Below are positions 1 through 13,487 of a stretch of DNA of 64,000 nucleotides, piece by piece. A program made the translations under genes and the position numbers. The number at the start of each line of letters is the position of its first letter. Positions within the stretch are counted from its first letter, which is position 1. Under the pieces are notes generated by a model that was given only the letters and a program-made list of their open reading frames with translations, had not been told where the DNA came from and made no database searches. This stretch comes from Eledone cirrhosa (taxonomy: Eukaryota), in the NCBI GenBank assembly GCA_964016885.1, contig OZ024748.1, positions 34,782,001-34,846,000 of the forward strand. Direction: 5' to 3'.

Positions 1-492
1 GTTTGTATATGTGCCTGCTTTTGAGGTATGGTGTGTGGTGGTTCGATTCTCTCTCTTTCTCTTTCCCTCCCACTTTCTCTCTTTATATATATGTGTGTGT
101 GTGTGTATGTGTGTGTGTGTGTGCGTGTGTGTGCGTGTGTATGTGTGTGTGTATGTGTATTCGTGATATGAATATGAATTAAACAGATATGAATTAAATT
201 GCATGCTGATTTTATTTTCCAGGAGATAAGCTAAATCATATTCTTCCATTGCAACACACATTGTGTCATTATGCATAACAACAACCTGAGAAAATAGTGA
301 TAGAAAGCAGCCGACACCGTGTTATACATAAACGAATATATTTAGAGAGAAAATTATGAGAAAAAATGGCCAAACTTGTATAAAATGACAGACAATTGGT
401 AAAATGAAGGTGATAGTTATACAATTGTATAATTGTATAGGTGATTTATTTCAGACTCATCTCATGATAAATATATGTGTATGACACTTCAA

Positions 493-528
<36 letters not shown>

Positions 529-883
529 TTGTGCGTGTGTGCGCGCGCGTCTGTGTGTGCGTGTGTGTGCGTGTGTGTGTGTGTGAATAAAGGAATAGAA
601 GAAAAAATCAACATCTCTTTTTTATTAATAATATAGCTTTTGTTGTGTAGTAACACTAACACACGTATATACAGACACTGCGACAGGTTTTTTCAATTGC
701 ATAGCATGTATGTACATATTACTCACGTCTATATACGTATATTATACACAGACAGAAATATATACATATATGGACGTACTTATAATATATGTATGTACAT
801 ATCCAATTATATGCGTCTGCAAACTTATAAATAGATATTATATCAACATAATAATAGTCACACAACCATATATATATATATAC

Positions 884-987
<104 letters not shown>

Positions 988-1573
988 TGCTTTTGGTAGG
1001 TGTTTTTGTTAAATAAGTTATGTATTTATTTATTCAAACAACAAAACAACCATTCAAACTAGCGTAAACTTTAAAATTTCAAGGGAGGAAATACATTAAG
1101 TTCAATAGTCTGATAGACAGAAATAAGCAAATTTCTCAGCGATACCTTCTGCACGACGAATATATAGTTAAGTGGAGGTTAGTATTCTTAATGTAGCGTG
1201 TGTGTGTGTGTGTGTTTCTGGAGGAGGCAATCGGTTCTACATGAATTCTCAGTAGAAATGGTCACCGGTACGCTTCCTGGACCGTCACGTTGTATTCTTG
1301 AGCCAGACACTTCATTTCATGTTGCTTTTCAACGAAAGACTGGGGGGCTCTCTCAACGAAAACCCCTGCGAAATATTTTCTATATTTGCCCAGTATGAGA
1401 TGTAGCAGAAAGCGAAATTGTGAAGATCACATGTCTAAAACAACCAATCAAAATAATACATTCGCCCACGACTGATTTAAGGTGTTCAGCTTTTATTTGA
1501 TTAGTAATTTTCTGTCCTATTTTAATGTAATTATATATAAAGGGGGTTACCATTAACATTATTTTGTAAAACC

Positions 1574-1854
1574 TGTGGTTAGAAAAAGCTATCTCACTTA
1601 CCGCTTTTCACAGGCGCCGCTAAATTCCACTGCAGGTACTCCTCTTCCACGTGCGTCCGACTGCTTAACACCGGGAGCTGCCCCAAACTCGCGTCCACAC
1701 CGTGTGCTGGTCACCACTAGAGAGAGGCCCTCTCCTGGCCCTTCCGGTCGAGCATCCTTCCGGCCAAAGACCCCTTCCGGTCGAGCACTCAAAAACCCCT
1801 TCCGGTCGAGCACTCCCCCCGCCTCCGGCCACCGCACGCCACACCATACCCACA
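1574..1854 (-). repeat. 3' LTR (281 bp)
   Basis: TGTGG...CCACA; near-identical to 5524-5777 but with an extra internal CCCCTTCCGGTCGAGCAC-type unit. Confidence 0.95.
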
Positions 1855-1869
1855 CGCCCCCCTGATCTC
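1855..1869 (-). promoter_or_regulatory. Polypurine tract
   Basis: GAGATCAGGGGGGCG on the minus strand, directly before the 3' LTR. Confidence 0.7.
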
Positions 1870-4744
1870 AAGGATCAATTTCCCCCTCGTCCCTCTGCAT
1901 ATGAAAGTCTGCCGTCCAGGTCGGTGGTCTACGACTTCGTTGCGATCTTCGTAGTATTGGGGCAGAGCTCTGGGTTTCCACCTCATCTTGGGTTTCCTCT
2001 TCCTCGGAGTCCGTCGACACAGTGATTCTTCTTACATCCAGGACATGACGTGGTACCCCGTCCACGGACACATTGTTCTTTGAATTTACGGCCGTCACCG
2101 TTCCCCTTCCCCATTGAGATGTGCAACGTGCATCTGGGGGCTTAACCCAGACTTCTTCGCCCACCTGCACGAATGCACTCTCTCTCCCCACTGGCCGTTG
2201 TGGTGGCGTGCACGGGTGCCGCCACTCGTATTTGAATACTGCTCTATGTGGCACCGATTCCTCGACCTGTCCAACCCGAGGGGACATATTGTACCAGAAC
2301 ACTGCCTCCATTGGTGAGATATGGCCCCGCTCCGCCATTGCCTTGATCGTCCGGTGGTGTCGCTCCACGATTCCATTCCCGCTCGGCCTGTGCGCCGCTC
2401 TGAAGAAACGGTCCACCTTCCATTCATCGAGCATCTCCCTCAGTGCCTCCGAGCAGAACGCTGCGCTGTTGTCCATCAGCAGTTCATCCACAGGGCCCCG
2501 CTCCAAGAACACCTCTCTCAACGTCCGCACGATTTCCTCGGCCGTTCCAGTCTTCATCTCCCTCCATATCGCCATTCGACCTGGTCCACAGTCGACCATC
2601 GAGAGGTACGTTCCCTGCCGGTAGTGCGTCAGATCCACCGCTAATCGCTTCCAGTCGCGATCCACCGGGAGGCTTCCCGTTTCGTGTACACCCGGGGCGG
2701 GATCAATGGACTGACATCGGACGCAGCCTCTAACCACCCCCCGAAAACTGTATCTGCTAACGTCCGAGTCGATTCTCCTGGCTAGGAACAGGCTCCTATC
2801 CACCCCCATGTGGTGCATGTCATGCAACCCCTTCAGGTCTAACTCGGTCAGCCGACACACGGCAGCTATCTCATCCTCTACCTCCTCCGGCGCTTCCATC
2901 CAGGCTTTCTTCACTCTAGTTAAGATGTCCGCCCTATTTTTCTCTGAGGGCACGAACACTGCTCTCAGCTTCAGGTCGAACTCGGTGGCCAGCTCTCCTA
3001 ACGTTCCCAGGCGGCGCTTTATTAGCATCTCCGCCGCGCCTCTCGTTCGCACTCTCTTCTCACTGGTGAGCACTGATCTTACCCATCCGAGTACAGTAGC
3101 CGAGTCGGTGCGTATCTCGATGGTGCGCAGCCCCCATCGCAGGGCGAGGTTCACCCCTCTCAACACCGCGTCCAGCTCGGCCACATTGATGTGGCTGCAG
3201 TCGTCCTTCTTTCTAAGCCAGGCTGCATCCTCGACCTCAACACCTCCTATCTCCAACGTGACACCCAGCACTATGCTGCTGGCATCGCACCATACGGTCC
3301 CACTCCGTGATTTGGGAACGTACCAGCGTCCCCGCACTGGGTCGTCGGCCTTCACCCTCCCCACGATCTCCTGCATCATGGCCACCGTTCTCTCTCCCAC
3401 TCTGTCACTCCAAGTCACCCCTCCCGCTCGTCTCTTGACATAGCTGCATGCCGTCCGGAGCCACCCAGCGATCGGGTAGTGACCCACCAGCTTTCCACAC
3501 ACCGAGAAAAGCTCCCGCCTATTCATACTTGGGCCCAGTTCCGGAACTTCGTTTCCCCTCTGGAACACCAAAACGCCCGTCTTATCTCGCCGTAGCCTAA
3601 GTCCCAGCGCGGCTCCTCCCTCCAATGCTTCTGATGGCTTCGCAGTCAGTCCATACCTCCTCAAATGGCTCGTGACCTCCGCCGTCGACACCACCGACTC
3701 GTCCACTAGGATGTCGTCAATATAGGAGTTAGTAGCCCTCTTTATCTTGTCGGCCCTCCCCAGAGCGGTCTTGAGGACCGCCGCCATGATCTTCGGTGCG
3801 GAGCTCAGCCCGAAACCGAGCCTGGTCAGGCAATATGTCCGGCCCTTATACCTGACCAGCTGATACCGCCAGAGCTTCTCATCTATATGCAACTGCAAGT
3901 AAGCCGACTTTAGATCCACGATCGCTGAACCCCCCGTCATGCGTCTCCACTCACGCAGGGTTTCCCCCACAGACATCCGTGACCTCGCCACCCGTGTGGC
4001 ATGACACGTGCTCGTTCAGCTCTCGATAGTCCAGCACCGGCCTCACCTTGCCCTTCGTGGGTTGTACCACCGCCATCAACGGCAATACTCCGCACTTCAC
4101 CTCCTCCTTCCAGGGAAGCAGTATGCCCTCTTCGATCCATCTCTCTACTTCTCGCTCGAACTCGCTCCTAGCGTTTCCCTTCAATGTGTGTTGATAGCAG
4201 CCCACTTTAGTCTTCAGTGTTGGTGGTTCTCCCTTCCAGTACCACTCAACAACCCATCGCTGCCCATCAAACACGGCCTTGAAGTCTTTGTCCTGTACAG
4301 TGTAAGCGGGGTATTCCTCCTCGTGGGCCTTCTGGTTCTCATGACGTGCACTCACAGCGCATACCGATGCAGCGGCGCCAAACGACACACCGACATTGTT
4401 CACCGTGACGCCCCTAGACGGCCAATCGCGTCCATGCCCATAACCACGTCGATCCCATCCACCACACTGTCTACCACGATGGCGGAAAGCCTTATCGTCC
4501 TTCCCCGTACCGCTATTTCCATCTCGCTGCGACCTCGGCATTCAATTTTCCTGCCGTCGACTGCCCTTACGCTGCTCTTCCCTCCCCACCTCTGCGCGAC
4601 CCCCGCGGTCACCAGTGTCGTCGTACAGCCCGTATCCACGAGGGCTCGCTGTGGCTTCCCCCTCACGAAGACTTCCACCACGGGCAGCGCCGCTACTCGT
4701 AACGGGCAACTACCGGCGCAGTAGTTCCCCTTGGATCGTTTCCC
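1868..4744 (-). CDS. pol: Pol polyprotein (protease, RT, RNase H, integrase) with two 1-bp indels in G runs (~4412, ~3965)
   Basis: LVDTGCT protease; VRPVLDYRELN, VDLKSAYLQL and YIDDILV RT motifs; WCDASS...HINVAEL...RTDS RNase H; HH-CC zinc finger plus LAVD...MDNS...NGIVER DDE integrase; spread over ORFs 4400-4681, 3951-4541 and 1868-3991. Confidence 0.93.
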
Positions 4745-5454
4745 TGGTCGCAGTTAGTAGCGATGTGGCCTGGTCGCTTACACCGGTAGCAAATTATCTC
4801 CGGCTTCGACTCTCTACAGTCTCTAGCCATATGCGGGCCCTGGCACCTAAAACAGCGCCCTCTAAATTCGCGCGGACGGCCGCGTGCCGAGGTTGCCTCC
4901 CTTTCACCATTTCGCTGCCAGGTGTCCTGAGCCTCCGTAGTCGCTATTGCCGCAACACTCTTTTTGGCATCTTCCGCTATGATCCGGGCTTGTTCCACCA
5001 GTGAACGCATTTCCATCTCTTTATACCCCGGGACTTGCTGCAGTTTCACCGCTATGTCGTCCGGAAATCCATTGATGAACACCAACCGCACCGTGCGTTC
5101 GCATTCCGCCTGGTAACCGGCCAACATAGCCAACCGCCTTATTTCCGCTGCGAAAATGTCGACGCGCTCACCATTCCACCTGATTCTCGCCAGCTTAGCA
5201 AAAGCCGCCAACGGTCCCTCGGCGAATGCATCCATCAGACGCCTCTCAATCTTCTGCACATCTCTTTGGCTGTGCTCGTCCAACTCAAGGAAGAGTACCA
5301 GCGCGTCGCCCTCGAGGTACAATGCCATGAGACCGGCCACGTCTTCTATCTTCTGCAAGCCTGCGACCAGCCGAACCTTCCGCAGCCAAGCGACAACATC
5401 ACCTTCCCCGGTGAATGGCCTGATAGCTTCGTTCATCCGTAGTCTTGTCGCCAT
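4693..5454 (-). CDS. gag: Gag with two zinc knuckles
   Basis: 253-aa ORF with CFRCQGPHMARDC and CYRCKRPGHIATNC; lies just inside the 5' LTR. Confidence 0.93.
   Translation of the reverse strand: MATRLRMNEAIRPFTGEGDVVAWLRKVRLVAGLQKIEDVAGLMALYLEGDALVLFLELDEHSQRDVQKIERRLMDAFAEGPLAAFAKLARIRWNGERVDIFAAEIRRLAMLAGYQAECERTVRLVFINGFPDDIAVKLQQVPGYKEMEMRSLVEQARIIAEDAKKSVAAIATTEAQDTWQRNGEREATSARGRPREFRGRCFRCQGPHMARDCRESKPEIICYRCKRPGHIATNCDQGNDPRGTTAPVVARYE
4738..4744 (-). promoter_or_regulatory. -1 ribosomal frameshift slippery site G GGA AAC
   Basis: Just after the last zinc knuckle (QGN); the -1 frame reads open (RSKGNYCAGSCPLRVAALPVVEVFV) into the protease. Confidence 0.85.
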
Positions 5455-5523
5455 CTTCTGATTTGTTTTGCGGCAAGTGTTTTCTTTTTTTTTTTTTTTT
5501 TTTTTTCAGTCGCCGAAATAGCT

Positions 5524-5777
5524 TGTGGTTAGAAAAAGCTATCTCACTTACCGCTTTTCACAGGCGCCGCTAAATTCCACTGCGGTACTCCTCTTCCACG
5601 TGCGTCCGACTGCTTAACACCGGGAGCTGCCCAAAACTCGCGTCCACACCGTGTGCTGGTCACCACTAGAGAGAGGCCCTCTCCTGGCCCTTCCGGTCGA
5701 GCATCCTTCCGGCCAAAGACCCCTTCCGGTCGAGCACGACCCCGCCTCCGGCCACCGCACGCCACACCATACCCACA
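5524..5777 (-). repeat. 5' LTR (254 bp)
   Basis: TG...CA direct repeat of 1574-1854. Confidence 0.95.
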
Positions 5778-6757
5778 AAACCCATGATTATCCCAAAGTA
5801 ATAAAACTGGTTGGGAGGATGTGTATAAATAAAATTATTTTTGGAGAATTTTCGACTTGATTTTTTTTTCTATATTTCTTCTCGTGTGGGAGAAGACTTC
5901 TTTTTCCCAAGGAGATAGAAAACAAAGAAACAGAAAAACTGAAACGAAACGCAAGAAATATAAAAAAAAAGAAAAATAAAAGAAAAAAAGAATACACAGG
6001 AAGAGGGATGGAAATGATAGATTCAAAGAAGAGAGGAAAGAAGTGCGATTGAAAGGTAAAATGTTGAGCAACGTCAAAGGAAAAACAATGAGAATGTGAA
6101 AAAAGAAACAAGTTTAACTGACACCTTATTGAAATTCTCTGTTGAATATTTAATAAGTTGTGTATGTTTTGATAATGTCAGTAAGTAGATGTGTCGTGGT
6201 AACCGTGTGATCAGTTGACAAGGTGAGAAAATAGTTCGGAGGGAGGAAAGGGAAGAATACTATGGCATAATTCATTTTGCTGGGATTAGTTTAGTTTTTT
6301 TGTTTTGTTTTTGTTTGTACCATTTAGGATCCCGAGAGGGATGGGTTTCTCCAGATTTAAATGCTCTAGACAGGCCATATGTTACACGGTACCCCTATGA
6401 TTTCATCAGGAGTTAAAAGTCAATGACATGGCATCGTTTGAGAAATGTTAAAACATTAGAACAGTTGTCTATCTTTAAGTTCTGATTTCATTTACTCATT
6501 GTGATTTCTCATCCCTTATTTTCTAAATAATATTCTCGTGGATTATATTTCTTTTTAACTTATCCCTCTCCCTTTACGCGCAATGTTTATTCCCTATAAT
6601 GGTCTTTTTGATGAAGGACTAACGTCTGAAACGCAAGAGGCATACTTTCGTATATTTCCTTTCAAGTGTTAAACTAAAACCTATCATCATACTGTGTTGT
6701 TGACGTTGTTTGTCATTTCCTTTGCCGTTTTTTAACATACACAACACACATACACAG

Positions 6758-6819
<62 letters not shown>

Positions 6820-6956
6820 CATATGGTATAATTTGTGTGTGTGTGTGTGTATGTAATTATTTGCAGCACAGCGTTTATTGGATAATCTGAAAGTCAATGT
6901 AGGTATACCTACATTGCAGCGAGGTTAAAGTTGCAAGCATCCCCACATTAAGTTTC

Positions 6957-7014
<58 letters not shown>

Positions 7015-7202
7015 AAACACACACATATATTTATACCTTGGAGAAGTAAGCTACATCTACTCTAATCATATATCTATTGGTGTGATGAAACTAAAAGATA
7101 TGAAAATATGTGAAATGAATAAACAAATATAACATAAATAAACAAATATATATATTTCACTGAATAAATAAACAAGCAAATATATATATATGTGTGTGTG
7201 TG

Positions 7203-7243
<41 letters not shown>

Positions 7244-7263
7244 TTGTTTGTTTGTTTATTCAG

Positions 7264-7379
<116 letters not shown>

Positions 7380-7589
7380 TTGTTTATTCAGTTATATATA
7401 TATGTATATATATAACTGAATAAATAAACAAACAAACATATATATATAGTAAATAAATAAACAAATAACTAAATAGAGATTAATATTCATTAAGGGATAA
7501 CTTGAAGAAAGTGTAATTGGATGATGAGTTATTGTGGAATGTTGCGAGACTGGTGTAATTAGGCTTATTGATGCTAATAATAATAATTG

Positions 7590-7825
7590 TGTCTACTTTT
7601 GGCACAAGGCCAGCAATTTGATTTCTGTTTTAGGCACAAAGACAGCAAATGAGGAAAATGAAGAAGCCGATTATATCGACCCCAGGATTTAATTGATATT
7701 TGATTTTATCGACAACAGAAGGATGAAATAGAAAGATGATCTGGGCAGGGTTCGAACTCACAACGTAAAGGGTCGTAACTAAATGTCGCAAAGCTTTTTG
7801 TTCTACATTCTAACGATTCTGCCAA
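7590..7825 (-). mobile_element. tRNA-type SINE copy (diverged)
   Basis: Reverse complement of the family at 25720-26218 (ggcacaaggccagcaa, atcgacccc, B-box GAGTTCGAACC). Confidence 0.7.
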
Positions 7826-8536
7826 CCTGCTGATAGTAAGAAACTCCCAGGAGAGCTGGGCAAAGAAGGTGTTCAGAGAACCCCTCACCTCTTCTCAAGC
7901 AAGTGTTTCAGCCCTTAACTTCTGAAAGTTTAACGAAAGAATATCTATAGGCATCCTAATCAGCCATTTATCCGACTATACCAGTGATAGAATTGATCTA
8001 AAAATGTTTGTCTTGAGATTTAATCAGAAAACTGACACAAATGGAACAGTTCGTACAGGGGAAGCTTATTTTAGAAAACTGGGCTGACTTACAAAAAACC
8101 AGATTACCACAGAATTTACTGGATAATAAACACTGCTCTGGAAAAATATTGAGTTACTTACATGTGTAGAAAGAACATTTAACTCCATGTTCCTTATCAA
8201 GTCACCATGTTGGTAGAGCATTGATATATAAATTTCGTGTCATTGAATTCAGTCCAGTGTTGTAATCGGGTCGTTTTTACCTATGTAGATTGTGGCAGCG
8301 TTCCTACCCTGTCCTACACATCATCTACTATACACTTCAGCTTGTTTTGTAAAGAACCAGATTTGTCGCCTACAATGACACAGGGTTAGAGTAAGGGAAT
8401 ATGTAAGTTTAGAGACGCCTGTGGAATACACAGCTACAAAAAGGCTCATCGCCGAAAGCGACGGAATTTTAATTACTCTATGTATATGTACGTATACACA
8501 TATACACATACATATATATACAAACACATACACAAA

Positions 8537-8613
<77 letters not shown>

Positions 8614-8659
8614 GGAGAAGAAGTTTACGAAATGGAAATGCGGGTATATAGAATTTATT

Positions 8660-8776
8660 AGGTAACAATTGTTTCTATAGTGTATGGGTTACCTATACCT
8701 CGCTATTTGAATAATATACAAATATTATCATAAACCGAAGGTACACTGTAAGCAAACACACCATGTCTTCAGACCT
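8660..8776 (-). ncRNA. Type I hammerhead ribozyme with extended stem II, in a ~170-bp (TA)n-bounded element
   Basis: AGGT-CUGAAGA-[AUGGUGUGU...AUACACUAU]-GAAAC-AAUU-GUU/ACCU. Confidence 0.75.
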
Positions 8777-8797
8777 TTGTATTAGAATTTACTAATT

Positions 8798-8858
<61 letters not shown>

Positions 8859-8912
8859 GTGTATGGATGTATACTCGTATATATATAATTTATCAGCCCC
8901 AATTAGTAACAT

Positions 8913-9020
<108 letters not shown>

Positions 9021-9232
9021 CATATGTGTATATATATACCTATGTGTATTTAGCAATGTCTATCGTTGATTTCCTACTGTTAGTAAAAGTGACAATTTCT
9101 CTATCATATTCCTACTCTGATCATTTATTAATACCCAGTTCACATTTCCTAACGCAATTGTCACTCTTCTAATGATGGAATTCAATAAACTATTTCTTCA
9201 AATGTGTAACATCAAATAAAACTATATTAGCA

Positions 9233-9243
9233 GTGATCATCAT

Positions 9244-9296
<53 letters not shown>

Positions 9297-9301
9297 CCAA
9301 C

Positions 9302-9380
<79 letters not shown>

Positions 9381-9481
9381 CCACCACCACCATCATCACC
9401 ACCACCATCATCATCACCACCACCACCACCATCATCACCACCACCATCATCATCACCACCACCACCATCATCATCACCACC

Positions 9482-9535
<54 letters not shown>

Positions 9536-10200
9536 GTCATCATCATCATTATCATCATCATCATCATCATCCTCATCATCATCATCATCACCACCACCAT
9601 CATCATCATCATCATCGTCATCATCGCCACTATTATCACTTCCATTTAAAGATCATCCTCGTTATCACAAGCACTAACATATTTATCATCGTCACCATCA
9701 CCATCATCACCATCGCCACCATCACCATCGTCTCCATCACTATCGTCACCATCATCACCGTAACTATCATCACCATCATCATCATCATCATCACCATCAC
9801 CACCATCACCATCGTCTCCATCACTATCGTCACCATCATCACCGTAACTATCATCACCATCATCATCATCATCATCACCATCACCACCATCACCATCGTC
9901 TCCATCACTATCGTCACCATCATCACCGTAACTATCATCACCATCATCATCATCATCATCACCATCACCACCATCACCATCGTCACCATCACTATCGTCA
10001 CCATCATCACCGTAACTATCATCACCATCATCATCATCATCATCACTATCGTCACTTTCATTTACACATCCTCCTCATTATCATAACCACTAATACTTAT
10101 CCTCCTCGTCATCATCATCATCTATCTACCCTCATCACTTCCTAAACAAATTCTCCTTGTAACAACCACTAACATCATCATCATCATCATCATTACCATC
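9233..10200. repeat. (CAT/CAC)n trinucleotide array with a higher-order unit at ~9690-10050
   Basis: Direct reading; the translated unit (...VMIVTVMMVTIVMETMVMVV...) recurs several times. Confidence 0.9.
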
Positions 10201-10299
10201 CTTGTGGTTTTCAATAATGGGAGGACCAATAGAAACGTTGTTTCCTTGGTCCCATCTGACGATCGGCTGCTTTCCTTTCCTGTCTTTATTTGGGATAGG

Positions 10300-10520
10300 G
10301 GCAAGGCCAGAAACTTGGTGTCGAGGGTAACAGTAATAATTTAGCTACAAGAGCAGCAATACGAGGGGGAAATCGGTTATATCGACCCCAGTACGTGACT
10401 GGTATGTTATTGACACCAGAAGGGTGTAAAGTTGATCTCGGTGGGATTCGAAATCTGAACATAAAGAGTCAATACTAAATTACGCAAAATATTTAGTCAG
10501 ACGTCCTACCAATTCTGTCA
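10300..10520 (-). mobile_element. tRNA-type SINE copy (diverged)
   Basis: caaggccag, atcgaccccagtac...ctggta and gattcgaa motifs shared with the other copies. Confidence 0.6.
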
Positions 10521-11245
10521 CCCTGTCATCCCCGGAGTAGGGACGGGCGATCATAATACGAATCAGATTCAATTTCAGAAATCATAAAATGTTACAAGGA
10601 ATGGAAGGAAATGGAAGAACGAGAAACGTAAAATAGGGGTCAACTAAAACTTCACCTTGCCGGGGGGCTAGCTTACGAGCCCTCGCTACAGGGCTTACAT
10701 ATTTAATCTAATGCTTTACAGAGCCTGAGAAACCGTCAAAGGAAGGAAGAGAAACTGGACTAACACCAGCTTAACTGGAAACCGAATGCAATAAAGCGAG
10801 AAAATCAAGTTTTACATTTGGGAGTGAAATATATCGATAAGATAATTTGATATAAAGGAATGGATGCGATTGTTTGGTGAAATCATATTGTATCCCAGAG
10901 GAACTAATCCTCCCCAAATCGAAGAGAAATTGTACGCAACTTTACATTAACAAAATCCAATCTAGGAGAGAAAGAAAACAACAACAACAACAACAACAAC
11001 AACATAATAGAAATAAATAAATAGATAAATAAATAAATAAAAAGGCGGCCAAGTCGGCATTGAAATATCTCGTTGATAACATGTGTGGGGGTAGAGATAG
11101 AAAGATGGACGACAGTGGCTGGTTGATATAAATACAGACATACACAAACATATATATATATACAGACATACACAAACATATATATATATACAGACATACA
11201 CAAACATGTATATATATATATATATATATATATACAGACATAAAT

Positions 11246-11424
<179 letters not shown>

Positions 11425-11504
11425 CACACATATATATATTTATTATATATTTATGTAAATATTATATTTGGATATATAGGTATATGTAAATATATATATA
11501 TGTG

Positions 11505-11565
<61 letters not shown>

Positions 11566-11697
11566 ATGTGTAAATATATATATATGTGTACTTATGTATG
11601 TATATAGTATATATATATAATGGCGCATGTGTATAGGTGGTATAAATATATACATAAGTGTGCATGTGCGCGCGTGTGTGTGTGTGTGCATGTGTGC

Positions 11698-11737
<40 letters not shown>

Positions 11738-12026
11738 AGTGATGACCAACTAATCTGTTTATTAATCAAGATATCTTTTTATATGTCCAGATCTCCAGCT
11801 AGTTATGCCTGTCTATTCATCTGGTCATCTGGTAATATATATCTGGCCCTGTATAATTACATCTTTTCCTGCACACATCTACATACTCACAGGAATCTAC
11901 ACACACACATGTGTGTATAATATATATAGAAAGGAAGATATATACATATATGTATGTGTGTGTCTGTGCCTGTATCTGTCTGTCTCTCTCTCTCCCCCTC
12001 TCTCTCTCTGTATGTGTATATGTGTG

Positions 12027-12107
<81 letters not shown>

Positions 12108-12113
<6 letters not shown>

Positions 12114-12334
12114 AACCAAAGAACGCTTACATACTCAAACAGTTTTTATTTGCTTACAATGTTTCATCCATACCGTTGGGTAGGAATCATCAGAGTTCGT
12201 GCGACTAAGCTTGGTAGAGCTTATACTCAGCACTGTGTTTATTAAGCTCTGATGATTTCTACCCAACGGTATGGATGAAACAGTGTAAGCAAATAAAAAC
12301 TGTTTGAGTATGTAAGCGTTCTTTGGTTTCTTTT
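12108..12334. mobile_element. Non-coding inverted-repeat element with two divergent hammerheads (12152-12195 minus; 12246-12290 plus)
   Basis: ~88-bp arms around a ~50-bp spacer; GCU-CUGAUGA-stem II(UACC CAAC GGUA)-GAAAC-AGU-GUA/AGC; inserted in (TA)n. Confidence 0.85.
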
Positions 12335-12440
12335 ACATATAACGGCTCTGTTCTCGTACATTGAGCTAATACAATACTGTCAAAATATAACACGGTGCGT
12401 GTGTGTTTATACACACGCACTCCGTGATATACGTACGTAA

Positions 12441-12500
<60 letters not shown>

Positions 12501-12503
<3 letters not shown>

Positions 12504-12611
12504 AGTAAGTAAGACCCCGACGGCTGAGCTCAAGCCGTTTCGACGGCTAATTCTGACAGAATTAGCCGTCGAAACGGCTTGAGATCAGCCGTCGGGGTCT
12601 TACTTACTCCT
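12501..12611. repeat. Near-perfect 111-bp palindrome made of hammerhead 3' halves
   Basis: 55-bp arms, one mismatch, axis at 12556; each arm reads stem II-GAAAC-GGCU...AGCC-GUC-GGGG. Confidence 0.85.
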
Positions 12612-12689
12612 ATTACCCACTCTACTACCCTAAGTATTGAGTACTTTGGTGCGTTATGGTCCACCTGGTTCATTACCACTTTCCCTCGC

Positions 12690-12724
<35 letters not shown>

Positions 12725-12750
12725 AAAGGATGATTCATTACATTTATTGA

Positions 12751-12836
12751 GTAGTGACGCGCGTTTCGCTATTGATCAGTTCAAGGTTCGATCTGTATCG
12801 ATCTAGCCCTACTCTGGAATAAAAAGCTCGTCGGAT
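12751..12836 (-). ncRNA. Degenerate hammerhead (CCGACGA...GAAAC GCGC GUC) in a (TA)n-bounded mini-element
   Basis: GAAACGCGCGTC typical of PLE ribozymes; the 5' core has U4>C and stem I is weak. Confidence 0.45.
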
Positions 12837-12897
12837 CTCTGGTAACTACGCATCGAGATCTCACTCTGGTAAACCTGCAGTAACTGGACGTTACATT

Positions 12898-12949
<52 letters not shown>

Positions 12950-13433
12950 ATAGAGGTGTAACACACAAGTTATTATATATTGGTAAACGGAATAGAAAAT
13001 GCTGACAAATTGTTCACAGTTGAAAACTGGTTTAATTAGGAATAAAAGAGTATTAGTGATTGTATGGGTTAGTATTCAGTTGTGGTTTTAAGTTTTTAAG
13101 TTTTTACCGTTGCGCATTTCTAAATGCTTTTCAAAAATAATTTTGAGATAGAGTGTCCGTGCTGTTTGCTCTGATCTGATTAGTTTTGGGAATTCTACCT
13201 GTTTTTATGTTAAAAAAGTGGCTCCAATTTGCAAAAATTCTAAACAATTTTGATTGGTCGGTAGAGGTCATGTGAATGTAAAAAATTGATTTTGCGCCAA
13301 GACTGTTTTTATGTTAAAAAAGTGGCTCCAGCAAAAATTCTTGTGGTCAAAACAATTTTGATTGGTCGGTAGAGGTCATGTGAATAAAAAATTGGTTTTG
13401 CGCCAAGATTGAGAAATGACTCTTTCACAACAA

Positions 13434-13487
<54 letters not shown>

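Larger units (their letters stand above)
1574..5777 (-). mobile_element. Near-intact Ty3/Gypsy-type LTR retrotransposon (gag, PR-RT-RNaseH-IN)
   Basis: Direct-repeat LTRs with TG...CA ends; 5-bp TSD AAACC at 1569-1573 and 5778-5782; domain order PR-RT-RH-IN; far more GC-rich than the flanks. Confidence 0.97.

Noticed and set aside
3960-3968. Second GGGAAAC slippery site in pol
   Set aside because: Restoring the frame needs loss of one G (+1), not -1; better explained as a homopolymer indel
1575-5461. Plus-strand ORFs overlapping the LTR element and LINEs
   Set aside because: Antisense shadows of GC-rich coding sequence
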